A DNA stretch of 64,000 nucleotides from Phoronis australis (taxonomy: Eukaryota; Animalia; Phoronida), in assembly GCA_002633005.1 (NCBI GenBank), contig NMRA01000352.1, positions 340,356 to 404,355 of the forward strand, read 5' to 3'. Positions 39,701 through 52,068 of this stretch are shown here, one piece after another. The notes below the pieces were generated by a model, which was given only the letters and a program-made list of their open reading frames with translations, did not search any database and had not been told where the DNA came from. The first letter of the stretch is position 1. Every line of letters begins with the position of its first letter. The translations under genes and the position numbers were made by a program.

Positions 39701-41099
39701 ACAATTTCTCCGATTTCGAAATGGATACGTTGTAAAGAATAGTTGAAATTGAATTGTATGTAGTGGGGAAGTTTAAACGTCAAGAATTAGTGCTTCCATT
39801 GTGTATATCAGCTGTGACACTGTGCGAACTATTGTGTCAACAACTGTTCCACACATGACGTCAAGCACATGTAAAAGCCTTGCTAACAAAAACTAGGAAA
39901 TGGAAGTGAAGAGCTCGCAGGCTTCCAAAAGTCTGCATTAACTCGATACAATAACAACTATTTGTTCGGAACGTTACTTTGTTCGATGTTTTAGCAATTA
40001 CTAGTTCATCTGAAACCTAAGTGATAGCAACTAAAATAAAATAGGACTGTTTATACAATGTTTATGATACTGAGCGCTGTATAGAACTACTAATTGAAGC
40101 CTAGTACCTGCTAAATGATGTTCTTTGTGCAGGTTGTTCTGCATATTTTGTCATGGCAGGCTCACCTATTTGTTGTAAAGTCTTTGAATGATGCAACCTC
40201 TGAATTAATTGGGGCTTCCTTAAAATGAAGGTAAAGTCTGAGAAATGTAGGACAAAAGCAATTGCCAAAGTTTACTTTTTTCATATTTCAAAGGCTTATT
40301 AGATTGTTTGAAGTGCCTACAATTTATCAAAACGTCTGATGATGGCTATGAAAAAAACAAAACATTTAATTGGTGTTACTTATCTTTTATGAAAAAATTC
40401 ACTTGTTCATCATACTGTGTTCTAAAATGGTGGGATTGTAACGTACAAAAACATTAATTTGCAGATCTTCGGCAAAGAATATTTTCACTTTTCTGATTTT
40501 CTCCCGAACAGCGTTTTGTCAAAGGAACTTTGACAACACACCATACTTGTGTGCTCTTTGAGCGGTTCAAATCAAAAGTGTTTTCCCTTTAAAACCAAGC
40601 TATTAAGAGCGCAAGAACTTTACTTTGCCTTTTACATTAGAGTGGGAGTTGGGCGATTTATTGATCGGACGTTTGGAAAGCATGAAATACCAGCAGTTCT
40701 CAGTGCTAAATCCTCTTTCCTCAGGGGTTAGCTATTTGGTCATGTGTGTATGTGTACATACGGCCTTTCATCATTACCACAGGGAAGAGAGAACCAACGT
40801 CGACAGTACAGCCTGTGGTTTGTGACTCGAATGCCGTGGAATTTGTTTCCAAGTTGGAAATGCCCATGCCAGTAAATAAAAATTGCGGAGACAACAGTCA
40901 CATCTTATAAGCACAGCTTTGGCTACATGCCATGTTATGGCGAATTAACTGAAATAACCTGAAACTGGTAATATGGAAATGCATTTATTGCCTATTTTTT
41001 TACTTTGGCTGAAATGGTTTTATTGAGACTGTTATTAATTTCGGTATTAGACACGGTTTATAATATTTTCTCATAAATAGAAATTTATTTTTGGTGTCT

Positions 41100-42180
41100 G
41101 CTATATCGTACAATCTAACGTACTACCCGTGTTTTTAACACACACTTTTGTTATGATGTTCAGTAACAGCTTAAGAGTTCAATAGCACATGTGTGATCAC
41201 TCTTACCCAAGTTCGTATCAAGTTCAGAGACTGTCGTGTACGCAAATATGCCAGGTGACTCAATTGTCAGCTTGCTATCTACACCCTCTTGCCAACGATT
41301 ATTAGACCTGACCCAGATACGCAAGTCGTGATTGACCCTGGTGAAATATTAATTTGCACTAGAAATGTTTATCTCGTCATTGACGTTGTTGAGGTTTTTC
41401 AATATGATCAATGTCCTAACACACTCCCCCACACAGCCGGCCTTCAAAATATTTAGATTTAGTGTCATCAATAAATTGACGTTTTTCACTAAATAAATCC
41501 AGCAGACAGCAGGCGTACTACATTGATCTGAACAGTCTAGGCTCAAGTCAGTGGTTACAGAGGCAGGTATTTCCCCATTTCTCCGTTGGATTGTCCTTGG
41601 CTGTGGAGGCCATTTCAAGACTATCTACAGCATAGTTTAGTATATGTATTTAGCTGTCAAGATTTATGCTGTGGGACATTGTTTTCAACTCTGGTGTAGT
41701 TCGAGTTTTTGTCGATGCAAGGATGCAAGTTGTTCTGGCTGCAATATTCGAGAGCTATATCACTGGCCATTTCATCAGCTTGCCTTAACTTGGTCTCTAA
41801 TCCCCCACTTACTGGCCAAGACCATGTTAGCCATTAGTGAACTTCAAATCCATGATCCAGGGCACCATGGTTGGCTGTGTGTTCCCAAGCTCTGGATGGC
41901 GTCACAAGCAGCTTTTACTTGCTGTTGGCTGAGGACTCTCGGTTCTTTTCTGTCGGCATCAAGGACCAATGGCGCTCTTGCCAGTGATGAATCATTGTGC
42001 TGTGAACAGGCACGGCTGTTGTGTTCTCTGGTTGGCATACATTGTTTACACAGGCACTTCATACGCTGTTCCTGCTTTCCATTTCTTCAAGTACATGTAC
42101 CGTCAGCACACATCAGTTTACTTCCCTGTGTAGATATTTTTTCCCTGTTGCGACATTGGCAATGCATGATATTCATTTGA
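41100..42180 (-). pseudogene. Possible very old non-LTR retrotransposon relic
   Basis: Scattered minus-strand scraps (PWIMD, LEPRLF, QFIDDTK, LGKSDH) resemble LINE motifs, but there are many stops and the motif order is inconsistent. Confidence 0.25.
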
Positions 42181-45100
42181 AAAACGAGTTCAGTAATAAT
42201 TGGGCAATATAATTTTTTCTTCAAAGCTGGGTGCAAATTATGAGTTTTCTCTCGTTAAGTGTGTTGTAACCTGAATTGTAATATCTGTCAAGGTACCTAA
42301 TTCATTTGTTCTGGCGGAACTAAACGAATAGGTAGCATTTTGTTCTGATAAGTTCCTGGTTAAACATTTTCCATCTACTTTAATCTAGTAGCCTTTTGGG
42401 TTTGTACTGTTGGTTTTGTGGAGCTTGTCATTGTTCCTGTTTAAACCTGTCACCAACACAGCTTACCTGAAGGCCTGGCTCCCCCTGAACAAACACAGGC
42501 CATTATGTTAGTATTGTTGTGTGATTACCTACTCTCAGTGGCCACAAAGCATTGCTGGCCAGCTGAGCTCTGATTGGATGGTTAGGGCCAGGCTGATAGC
42601 AGCTGTCACAGTGGTTTTAATTAGATGCACATATGGAAATGGGCTCCATCTTGATTAGCCAATGTTGGCATAATACAGCGTCCACTTGACTAACTAAAGG
42701 AATTCAAGTGTTGCAAGTCCTTCAAAACTGTCACCTTGGCCTCTCTTGAAGCCGGTCTGTTTAAACTCACAGTCCTCTCTAGAAACAATGGCAGCCAGAG
42801 CAGGAAGGGATCAGAGGGATTTCTATCGCCGTGGCAACCAATTTAGTAGATCCTTTGAGAGCTGGCTAGCTTAAGTTGATTGGCCTCAATTCATGTGTAA
42901 TTTAAGTGCTCTGTTTTCGGTCAAAGGGAACAAAATGAAATAAAATCAGGTGCTAGTTAGCTTTGACACTTAATGCCAATCCACATGTCCACATAATCAC
43001 ATTCACCTTAATCTGTATCTTGTTATTTGTGGTCCTTGGCTGAAAGTTCGAAGGTCACCTTGGTCGATGTATAGTATGTAGCATTTTCTTGTTGAACGGG
43101 TCTCTTAACCAGTCATGTGAAAATAAATAAACATTTTTTTGTGAAATTTAAAAAGTAAGTGCTAGTGAGATTGCAATGTTAAAAATGTATCGTTTTCCAT
43201 GATCTTTATAAAGTGATTTGCAGTTGTGGTCTCGGGTATTAGTTGAGAAATCCTCTCTCAATTTTGCCATCCCGTATAACCAATCATATGTCCATGTGTA
43301 ATTAATCCATTGACATCTTTTCCATTTTAGTCCAGAGTACCACCTCAGGATTTCAAGGATCTCTTCCCTATCAATGTAAGTGATGATGAACTGGCGTGGC
43401 AAAAGGGTGAAAATATGGAGTCTTGCAAAATCTGACCCCTGTGAACCACTTCTTATTAGTGTATGGTGTAATAGCGATATTGGCGAATTCATTTGGTGCT
43501 GTTTCGCTTCCCGGCAGTTTTTGTGAAATGCCATATCTGTGTGTTCGAATGATTGAAAATATCGTTTGTAGACTCTAGCTTTGTGTCTTGTTGATTGTTG
43601 TTTTTACAGGATGAAAGAGAACTTTTAAAACGTTAGTGTACAAATTCAAATTCAGTATTCACTGTAGTTATTTCTAAGAAGTCTTAATGCAAACTATCCA
43701 AAATGCAAATGCTGTTGGGGCCACTCTGATTTCCAAACTTGATATTTGCCACTGCCCTCAGTTTCGTAATAGAATTTCCCTTTGCTTTAGTTGAGGACCA
43801 AGATGTGACTGAACGTGCCAGCGTTGCACTTGCAGCGCCGGCACTTTATGACCACTTTTCCTTAATTGGTGTCAGCGATGCATCGACCAGCTATCGATCA
43901 TGGACAACATACTTTCCTTTCACCTATTGTTTAGCGACTTCTCACCCAGCAAGTACTGGTGTATCACCCAGTGCCACCACCCATTGTCCCATAGAAAGCT
44001 AGGGAAACCTGCACAAAAGAACCACACACCCAATGAACATTATTTATCTTTCGCTTGTGTGTGTTTTTCTTAATGCGCCTCATTGTGTACCAACATCAAC
44101 TGCTAATGATTTCTTTTGTGCAATTCCAACTCATGCGCGCTCACAATTCTGTGGGAGTCAATAATGATCACGATCCCCATTTTGACTGTTGGAGGACATT
44201 TTGCGCATACTGGTACCCCATCCAGAGCTTACTGTTCGAGACTTTTTGCACAATTAATTACCCGTGATTTTACAAGCAACTTATAAGTAATAAATAATCT
44301 GTATCCAAAACACGTTTTCATTTTTTTGGGAAATTTAGATGACTAAAGTGTGACGGAATCAGAGGGATTGTGGGCAGGATTGTTGCTGTGTTGCCATCTT
44401 TTGTTGGACAATGCTTTTTTCAATGTTAGTTACAATTTTTCTGTCCATCTTCACCAAGGCATAGGTTCTGGTGACTTACCAAACAGTTCTATGGTGACGC
44501 CCAACAGAACAATTGTGAGCTAACTATTATTAAGTGTTGGCTAAGTAAACACGAGTGACAGGCTGGGCGCGTGCCAGTTGTCCTTTTTCTCTGCATTTTG
44601 TTTCAGATTCAGCCATTGTTTCACCCTCCCTCTGTTTACTGTTTATTTCCTGCCATCAATTCCTTGTTTGGCCATTTCAACGTTCGTTTGCGCAGCCATT
44701 ATGAGCAGTGTTGTCAAACTAAATAGCCCACACACTCGGCTGGCACGCGAGCAAACAACGCGCTACTTGCCCGACAATACAGCACTGTTTGCCCTATTCA
44801 TGTATTTTTAATTGAGGACATTCAGTTAGGTTTCACGTTTGTCAGCGCGGCTGTTGATGCAACTGTCAGCTGCTTTTTTATTCAAAACTGAGGTGGCCAT
44901 TCACAGCGGAGCACTCTGCAACATTTATCACGTCATTGCTGATGTTTAAGGTCCACATGTCGAGTTCTACACAAATAAGCTGTTGACTTTGCCAAATGTT
45001 CTGGCCAGGGTATGTCATGTTCCAGCGCTCCACTGTCGTGTGTTACCGCATGCTCATGGAAACACACGGTAGATGAAACTGTGCATTGAAGCCTTTTAGG

Positions 45101-47267
45101 TGCAAGGCGTTAGATTTTTCTGAAACTGAGTAGCTTTGTGAATTTGAAGTAGGCCGCAAAGTAGTAAATGTTCGTTCCACGACAGCAGCTTACAAAGCCC
45201 ATTTTGTTCTCTTCCATTTTCATACAACTTGGATTGCCTGAGAATAGAAATTTGCTTGTCTGTCTGACTAGAATGTGTAAAGCAATGTGTGCAGACAGAG
45301 TTTTAATTAGTAGTTACAGGTGTTCACCTGGAGATTGTGTTTATGCTCTCTGCCCTAGTTTGGGAAATCGTGTGTTAAACACATGGTGAAGAATTAAATT
45401 GTTTTTGGAACGAATCATTCTGGCCAGGTTCTTCTTAAAAGTGCTATCGAAAGCAACCCTGGCCACAGATCTGTTGTTTCATTTTGATAACCAAAATCTG
45501 GCAGTAGCTTGATTAGCCATTGTCGAGTTGACCGAGCTGTTACTTTGTGTTGTGCATATGAGAATTCTCAACGAGGTTACAGTAATGTTCCTCCAGAACC
45601 TCACATTACACTCGGGGTCCCTGGACTAATAAACATAAAATGTGCATTATGTAATGTGGACTTTTTAATCAGTCTTTATGAACCATGGCCACAGACGTCA
45701 TATTTCCAGTGCATTCTCCAGGTGTAAAATTATTACTTACATTGTTCTGGGTCAAGAATTAGGAATTTCCCTTTTTTCGCAAAGCTCTCCATCTGTAGCA
45801 AAAGGAACGTTAACTAGTTCAATGTGCTATATTACACATTATCTAAACCGAGTGCCCGGGAGTCGTGTCAAGTATTTCCCTTTCTCTCATTTCCGTTCGT
45901 AATCTCGTCACTCTACTCTCTTTACTGACACAAGGAAATGGTGAATCTTTAAACAGATTTCTTCTCACACCGATGACACCACTCATTTCCACGGTAATTC
46001 GTTATTACCATGCTCTAGTTGTATTGCAGCTTGCCATACATCAACCAGTGCTCTGCATAGGCTCTAAAAGAACTACAGTTAATTGGAATGAATGTTGAAC
46101 AATTTCCAATGAAATGTTCTTTGAAAGCAGCTAGTCACTTTTCAATGAGGTTGTAAGCCCAACCAGCTAATTCTTAAAAAAGAAGCTTGTTTAAACAGCG
46201 TTACTGCACCCTCAACCAGCGTAAACATCACGAGAATGCCCACAAAGTAACAACTGCTGGTAACTGTTGTCTATAGTGCTATCACAAAAATAAATTTTGT
46301 AGCAAACAAAGTGACGGATTAAATGGCACTGTTGACACTGTTGATCAAATACTGCTGAAGTTCTTTAAAAATTGACAGAACTGAGTTCTGAATTCATTTA
46401 GCAAAAATGACTTGGCAAACCTTTTTCATCCCCCTTCTCCGTTGTCTTTATAATTTCCACGAAACTGGACGACTGCGATGATGTATTACCATTTGTTAAA
46501 GTACAGGGGAGGTATTCTTCATTAGCCATGGCTCGATTTTCAAACGCAGTGAACTCTTGGGAATTCTATCTCCTCTGCTTGTTTCACTTTTCATGCTGCT
46601 GGGGTTTTACAAAATTATTAACTCGAAAGTTGCCGTTGTGAAGTGCTTGTATTGAATGTTTATTGCTTCTGCATGTTTTCAATGTTTTGTAACTCTTGTG
46701 TTGTTCTCTATGAGAAAGCATGTGATTTCTTCCATCAGAAAATGGAATTAATACTCCTGTCACTGTGACAGTGTTGAACAATCATTCATGTGTAAACGTG
46801 GTACTAGTCAAGAATAAATTTCAGATCGAAATTCACAAACCAAAAACATGCATGTCGCTGTGCTTATGATGCACATCAAAATTGTCGAGACAAAATTATC
46901 TGGAATTGCCCATCGTACATGACGAAATCGTCGTCCAAGTATGCTTTCCTCATGACCGAGAACAAAGGAGAGTTACAGAGAAGTTAGTAAGGTGTCTAAG
47001 CCATTTTGTAGTTAGAATTTTGCGGCTGCAATTGCCATTTCCAGCCATTGTTGTTGTTGTTAACAGAATTGAGGGTCATGACAGGGAAATCGTATTTTGT
47101 CTCCTTACTTTTGCCTTGTACTGTGTCTCAATAGTTGCTAAAAGGAAGCAAAGGATTTCTCACCAGTTCGGAGATTAAATTCGCTACGGTAACTGATTAG
47201 CAATTAAAAAGTGTGCCCTTTGTTGGCCGACAAGCAAGCTATGAATGTTATTTTCGTATTTTTCCAG

Positions 47268-47551
47268 CGTGCAAGAGAAAAGAGCTTGATCAGTCAGAAG
47301 GAGACCAGAAAACGTCGAAGAAGCCGCGTCTGGTCTTCACAGACATCCAGCGCCGGACGCTACACGCCATCTTCAAGGAGACCAAAAGACCGTCGAAGGA
47401 AATGCAATCTACAATAGCCCAGCAACTTGGGCTAGAGGTGACGACCGTCGCCAACTTTTTCATGAACGCTCGCCGCAGGTCACTGGACAAATGGAAGGAT
47501 GAGGAGGGTAACAATAATCGCACGTCTGCCGTACAGGCCAGCAAAAGTTAA
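47268..47551 (+). CDS. ONECUT: Onecut homeodomain exon (last coding exon)
   Basis: CKRKE linker, then KKPRLVFTDIQRRTLHAIFKETKRPSKEMQSTIAQQLGLEVTTVANFFMNARRR with the Onecut-diagnostic F48 and M50. Stop TAA at 47549-47551. The protein is 418 aa from ATG 19327. Confidence 0.97.
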
Positions 47552-49975
47552 GAGTCGAGCTGCAGACGATGTTTGTGACATTATACATACCCATAGCAGG
47601 CGATCGAGAAGCTGATTGTTTTTTCTTTGTATAGTCTTTGTTAGTCTTAAGGGAGTCTATGGTATTTATATGGGCTGGAGGAATTGTGTCATTTCACAGT
47701 CCCCATGTGACCTCATGGCCGTGTGATTATAAGTAAAATTAGTTTGAGAACACCATTTCTGTGCGTAGGTTGGTACTGTGTATATGCGTGTGTTAAAGCG
47801 AATTATGATAAAAATGGCTGGTTGGTGGCCTTACTGTTTGTGTCCGAAGGTGGACGTTTGATAATTGGTTTACAGGAATCTGTCTCATTTAATTAAGACA
47901 CAAAATTCCCGAGGGTGTTTGTGAAATTCATCACTGATTTAGATTCTCTTTACAGTATGAGGGGATAGAAGCAGCTCTACTAATAGCAGACATCTCACTG
48001 AGTGCATATTCTCAGTCTGCTCATATGGTACAGTGCTTGTAACATTAATCCTGTGACTGTGACCACACAGGGAGAAAAAGTGGATAGTACACACAGGCCG
48101 AGTTCTTGTCTGCTCCATTATTCCATTTTAGTGTACGTGTGTGACATCATCTCAAACAAATCTTCATCTGGTGTTACACACTGTATGCTCCGTCTGGAGT
48201 TATTCGGAGTAGTGATACACCGTTATCATAGTCTGCAGCGTCATGTCTTGTAAATAGTACCATACGGTTTTACATGTTTTTTGATTTGCTGCTTAGAGCA
48301 ACATGTCTTGTGCAATATTTGTATTTGTAGCAGATACCTCTCTTGCCTTTTGGAGACTTTGGGCAATTTGAACACGACTTGCGATCAAATTATGTGCAAT
48401 TTCTTTTCACTCCGTATCCAGTTGGTATGTTTAGGAGTCGTGCAATATGTTATGGTTCTTTTGTTCAGTCGTGAAACAAACTTGGATAATTGTGCTGACT
48501 AATTCGAGTATTTTTGACTTTAGGGTGTATGTCAATTTGCTTTTCAGTTTTGAACATTCCTTAAATGAGCTATTTATTTAAAATATACGTTTTTTCTGTT
48601 TTCAGAAAAAAGTCTATTTCTACACCTTCGTGGGTATTCTGATAAGTTATTTCGTAATATATTCATAATATTTTCTCATGAGCTAATTTATTTTTAATTT
48701 ATTTCATTTTAACTTATTCCTGTATTCCTTATGTATTCCATATTAATATATTGTGTTGAATTTCACGCGGCATCGAGTGAATTCTATTAACTTATTCCTT
48801 TGTAAGTAGCTGGGTTATTCACCACCAGCGTTGTCATGACAACCTGTGTACTGTAGAGGCTACACAAGATTGTCATGGAAGTGGTTTGCAGTAGACTAGC
48901 TGCATTCTTGAACTTTTATTAAATTTATGCTTTTCTACAAGAGTGACCAAAGCGGAATGGTACTTGTGGTTACGTATGTGTAATATAGACGCTGTGCTGG
49001 TGGAGTTGAAAAGAGCACTAGATTTTTACATTTTTATATAGTGTTTGTAATGCAGGAACATTTTTTAGTTTTTAGTAATCTCTGCCAGGTGTCATGGTTG
49101 TACTTATATATGTGTTGTCTTGGCAGGCGAGAGTGGACTATATCGGTTAAGCCGTGCTACGGCGACTCAACACGTCTTAATCTGCAATCTACAGTGTGAC
49201 TGTGCAATTGTAGTTTTAACAAAACATATCTCAACTGAAGTGTTGTGCAATCGCATTTTCTGTATAGGAGTAGCTTTTATTTATTTACTACAACTACCCA
49301 AAACAATGGCAATATTATTTAGAAATGTTTACTCAAATTCCGTGTGCAATTGTTCATGTTTTATAATTTGTTGATGTGGTATTGTAATTACAGACATTGT
49401 GAATTTACAATGGTGATTTGTTTTTCTCCACCCCCAGCTAGACTTTGCTTTTACATTTCAATATATGCACACGCACACAACACACGCACACATGCACGCA
49501 CACACACACATAGAGTAGTTATTCAGGGACCCATGACAACATTTCTCGTTTTGTTATTAGTGACAAGTAGCTATTCCCATTAATTTTGTAAGTGTTCAAC
49601 CACTAGTGGCCCCGGGCATTAACAAATATGTGGCATGGTTTATCTTCTATTCAAATACAGATTATTCTTGCATTATTTACACAAAGTCTATTCCATTTAA
49701 GTCAGAGACTTCGTTTCCTGCTTAATAAAATGAAAAAATTCACATTTTCATGGAAATTGTAGTGGGAAGTACAGCACTGGTATATCTCATAATTTTGTCA
49801 CCCTGTTTTGGCTTATTTACTTATTCATATTGATTTTTCCATTTATTTATTTATATATATAGGGGACTTTATTGTCATCGGTCAAAAACCTTTAGCAGGC
49901 CTAATTTAATTCACAATTATTAAGCATTGTATTATGTCTTAATATAAATAAAAGTGCTTCTCTCTCTCCCTCTCT
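47552..49975 (+). other. Onecut 3'UTR (~2.4 kb)
   Basis: T-rich, with no obvious transposon. AATAAA at 49724-49729 and 49947-49952, the second followed by CT/GT-rich sequence. AU-rich ATTTA run at ~49841. Confidence 0.65.
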
Positions 49976-50424
49976 CTCTGTTATCGGCCTTTTGTTTGTG
50001 CTGATGCAGTGTGGCACGAAAAGGCAACTTCACCTATCATTTGATGGCCAACATTTGCGTGACTAAACTTGTGTTTTCTTATTTTGCCAAGGCTTCGGCA
50101 GGACTACCTTGTTAGCCCAACTGAAAATAACAAAATTCCATTGAAGTTCGGCTTTAGCACCCATAAACCATGTTCTGTTGTCAAAATCAAATTCCGTATT
50201 TGCTGTTCTATTGTGTTATTATTTTAATTGAAACTAGTTCTACCAAAATGCTAGGGATCCCCTGTCTCTGCACAGCGTCTGTGACTTAAACTGTCCCTCT
50301 GCCAAAGCCAACTCATGGTAGAATCTCATCACTTTAGATCACGACGTGGTGGACAGGTGAATTTTCTGCTCCTGTTTTCATAAAAGCTATGTTGCACTAA
50401 ATTAATGCTTTACAGTGTTCTGCG

Positions 50425-50494
50425 CAACGCCTACCATCAGACACATGTGAGCAGTCACAACGCCTACCATCAGACACATGTGAGCAGTCACAAC
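50425..50494. repeat. Perfect 33-bp tandem duplication
   Basis: CAACGCCTACCATCAGACACATGTGAGCAGTCA twice. Confidence 0.95.
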
Positions 50495-51659
50495 AATTTA
50501 AGAGGACCTTCAAATGAACTTAAAATGACTATTTCTGGAATTCTTTTGTCTGAAATTGTTGACATTTTACTGCACTGACATGAAACACAAGTGAAATTTT
50601 ATCTTTTCAGATCTTTTTACAAAATATAAATAGTACAAAGGCAAAGGTGCATCACTTTCAAGAACAGATAATTGCCAGACAATGTTTCTGAGAAAATATG
50701 GACATTGAAAACCATGTTCAAGGCCTGAAATTTTCCTTTTTTAAGATGATTTCCTCTTTTTTGTCTATTTTACCTTTATTTTGACTTTATTCATGCAGAA
50801 ATGTTTATTTCAGTTAAATTTTACAACACAAAAAATATTTCTATCACAAAAACCTATTTATTTGTGGAACGATACATCACCTGAAAAAATTTCCTTTTTT
50901 GCCATTGGTCATTCCAAGCCCTGGATATTAGAAGACTGAATAATAAGGAAAGACCAGATTTTGAGTGGCCATTATTTTTTTACAAAATTGGTGAGATCAT
51001 GCAGTAACAGCAATAGTACAAATTGAAGAATGTGATATCTGTAAAAGATTTTTCTCAGTGTTTTGCAAATAGGCGCATGCACCTAAGTTTCACTTAAGGG
51101 CACAGACGGCCATTCTTTGTTATAATGTGTGTGGAGGATTTCGTGTACTTTTTGCCCATTCTTAGTAATTTTTAATAAAAGCTGGATTTCGCCCTAATAA
51201 GCTGGCTAAAAATACAAAACTCAAATTATTTCATTTGAATATAAACCTGATCTCACAACTTGTTCCTTACCATGACAGTTTAAACCAACAAAAAATCAAA
51301 ACCAACGAGACAAGAAAATGCTTTAGTTTGTTGGAGTTGACCGACTCTAAAATGGCAAGTTTCGAAAATAGCGCATGAATGCATTGCCAGTGACTTGAGT
51401 TGGTGACGGAAATGAAATCGGATCATGGCGTGGAATATTACGAGACTGTGATTTTATGTGAATGAATGGCTCATTTGATATTTTTTATATCAGGCCAAAT
51501 TTAATTGTTTAGCCAGCTTGACAGGACAAAATGCATTAACATTTTGAAAGCACACGAGCATCTATCATTTTGACTCGCTCGGATATTTTTCAAAAATTCA
51601 CTCCACGAGGGTTTTACCCCCGCCAACATTGTTTCACATATAGGCACACATGCCTAATA

Positions 51660-52068
51660 GGGCTGTCCCAGAATACACGGCGATAAAACTCTCCTTAGTC
51701 CTGGAGACAAGAAAGCATGGGACCTTATTTTGGAAATCATGTACATTTTTGTGTCTCTCATTGATGTTGGAAAGGCAAAGAATTTTACATCACATATACA
51801 CGGGTGTTTGTTCAGTTTATCAAACTTTCTCAGTCGTCGGTGTTGCAGCCCAAAGTGCAGCGGTTAAATACTTTGTTGGCATTGGAAGGACGAATAGATA
51901 GAGTGAATTGCAACTGAGAAAAACTTGCAAAGAATCATACAACAACAACTTACATGTGAAACTCCAATGGCAAGAAAACGAGGCAATAAATGTGCCTGAT
52001 GGATGCAATATGGCATTGTAGGTAAATACAACAAGATTCACGTGTCACTGTCTAATCTGGGACGGCCC
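51660..52068. mobile_element. PIF/Harbinger-like MITE
   Basis: TIRs GGGCTGTCCCAGAATACAC and GTCTAATCTGGGACGGCCC, flanked by ATA and TTA (TWA-like TSD). Confidence 0.75.

Larger units (their letters stand above)
20300..47267 (+). other. Onecut intron between the CUT and homeodomain exons (26,968 bp, phase 1)
   Basis: GTAAGT...tttttccAG. Splicing restores SALRLA-A-CKRKE, the conserved Onecut linker start. Confidence 0.93.

Noticed and set aside
41644-42180. 178-aa ORF on the + strand
   Set aside because: No recognisable domain. More likely the antisense shadow of decayed repeat sequence.
47213-47267. ORF extension upstream of the homeodomain exon, with an in-frame AG at 47233-47234 that would add 11 aa (analogous to HNF6-beta)
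   Set aside because: The alternative acceptor has a poor pyrimidine tract and the extension is the canonical acceptor's own tract. It would need junction reads to support it.
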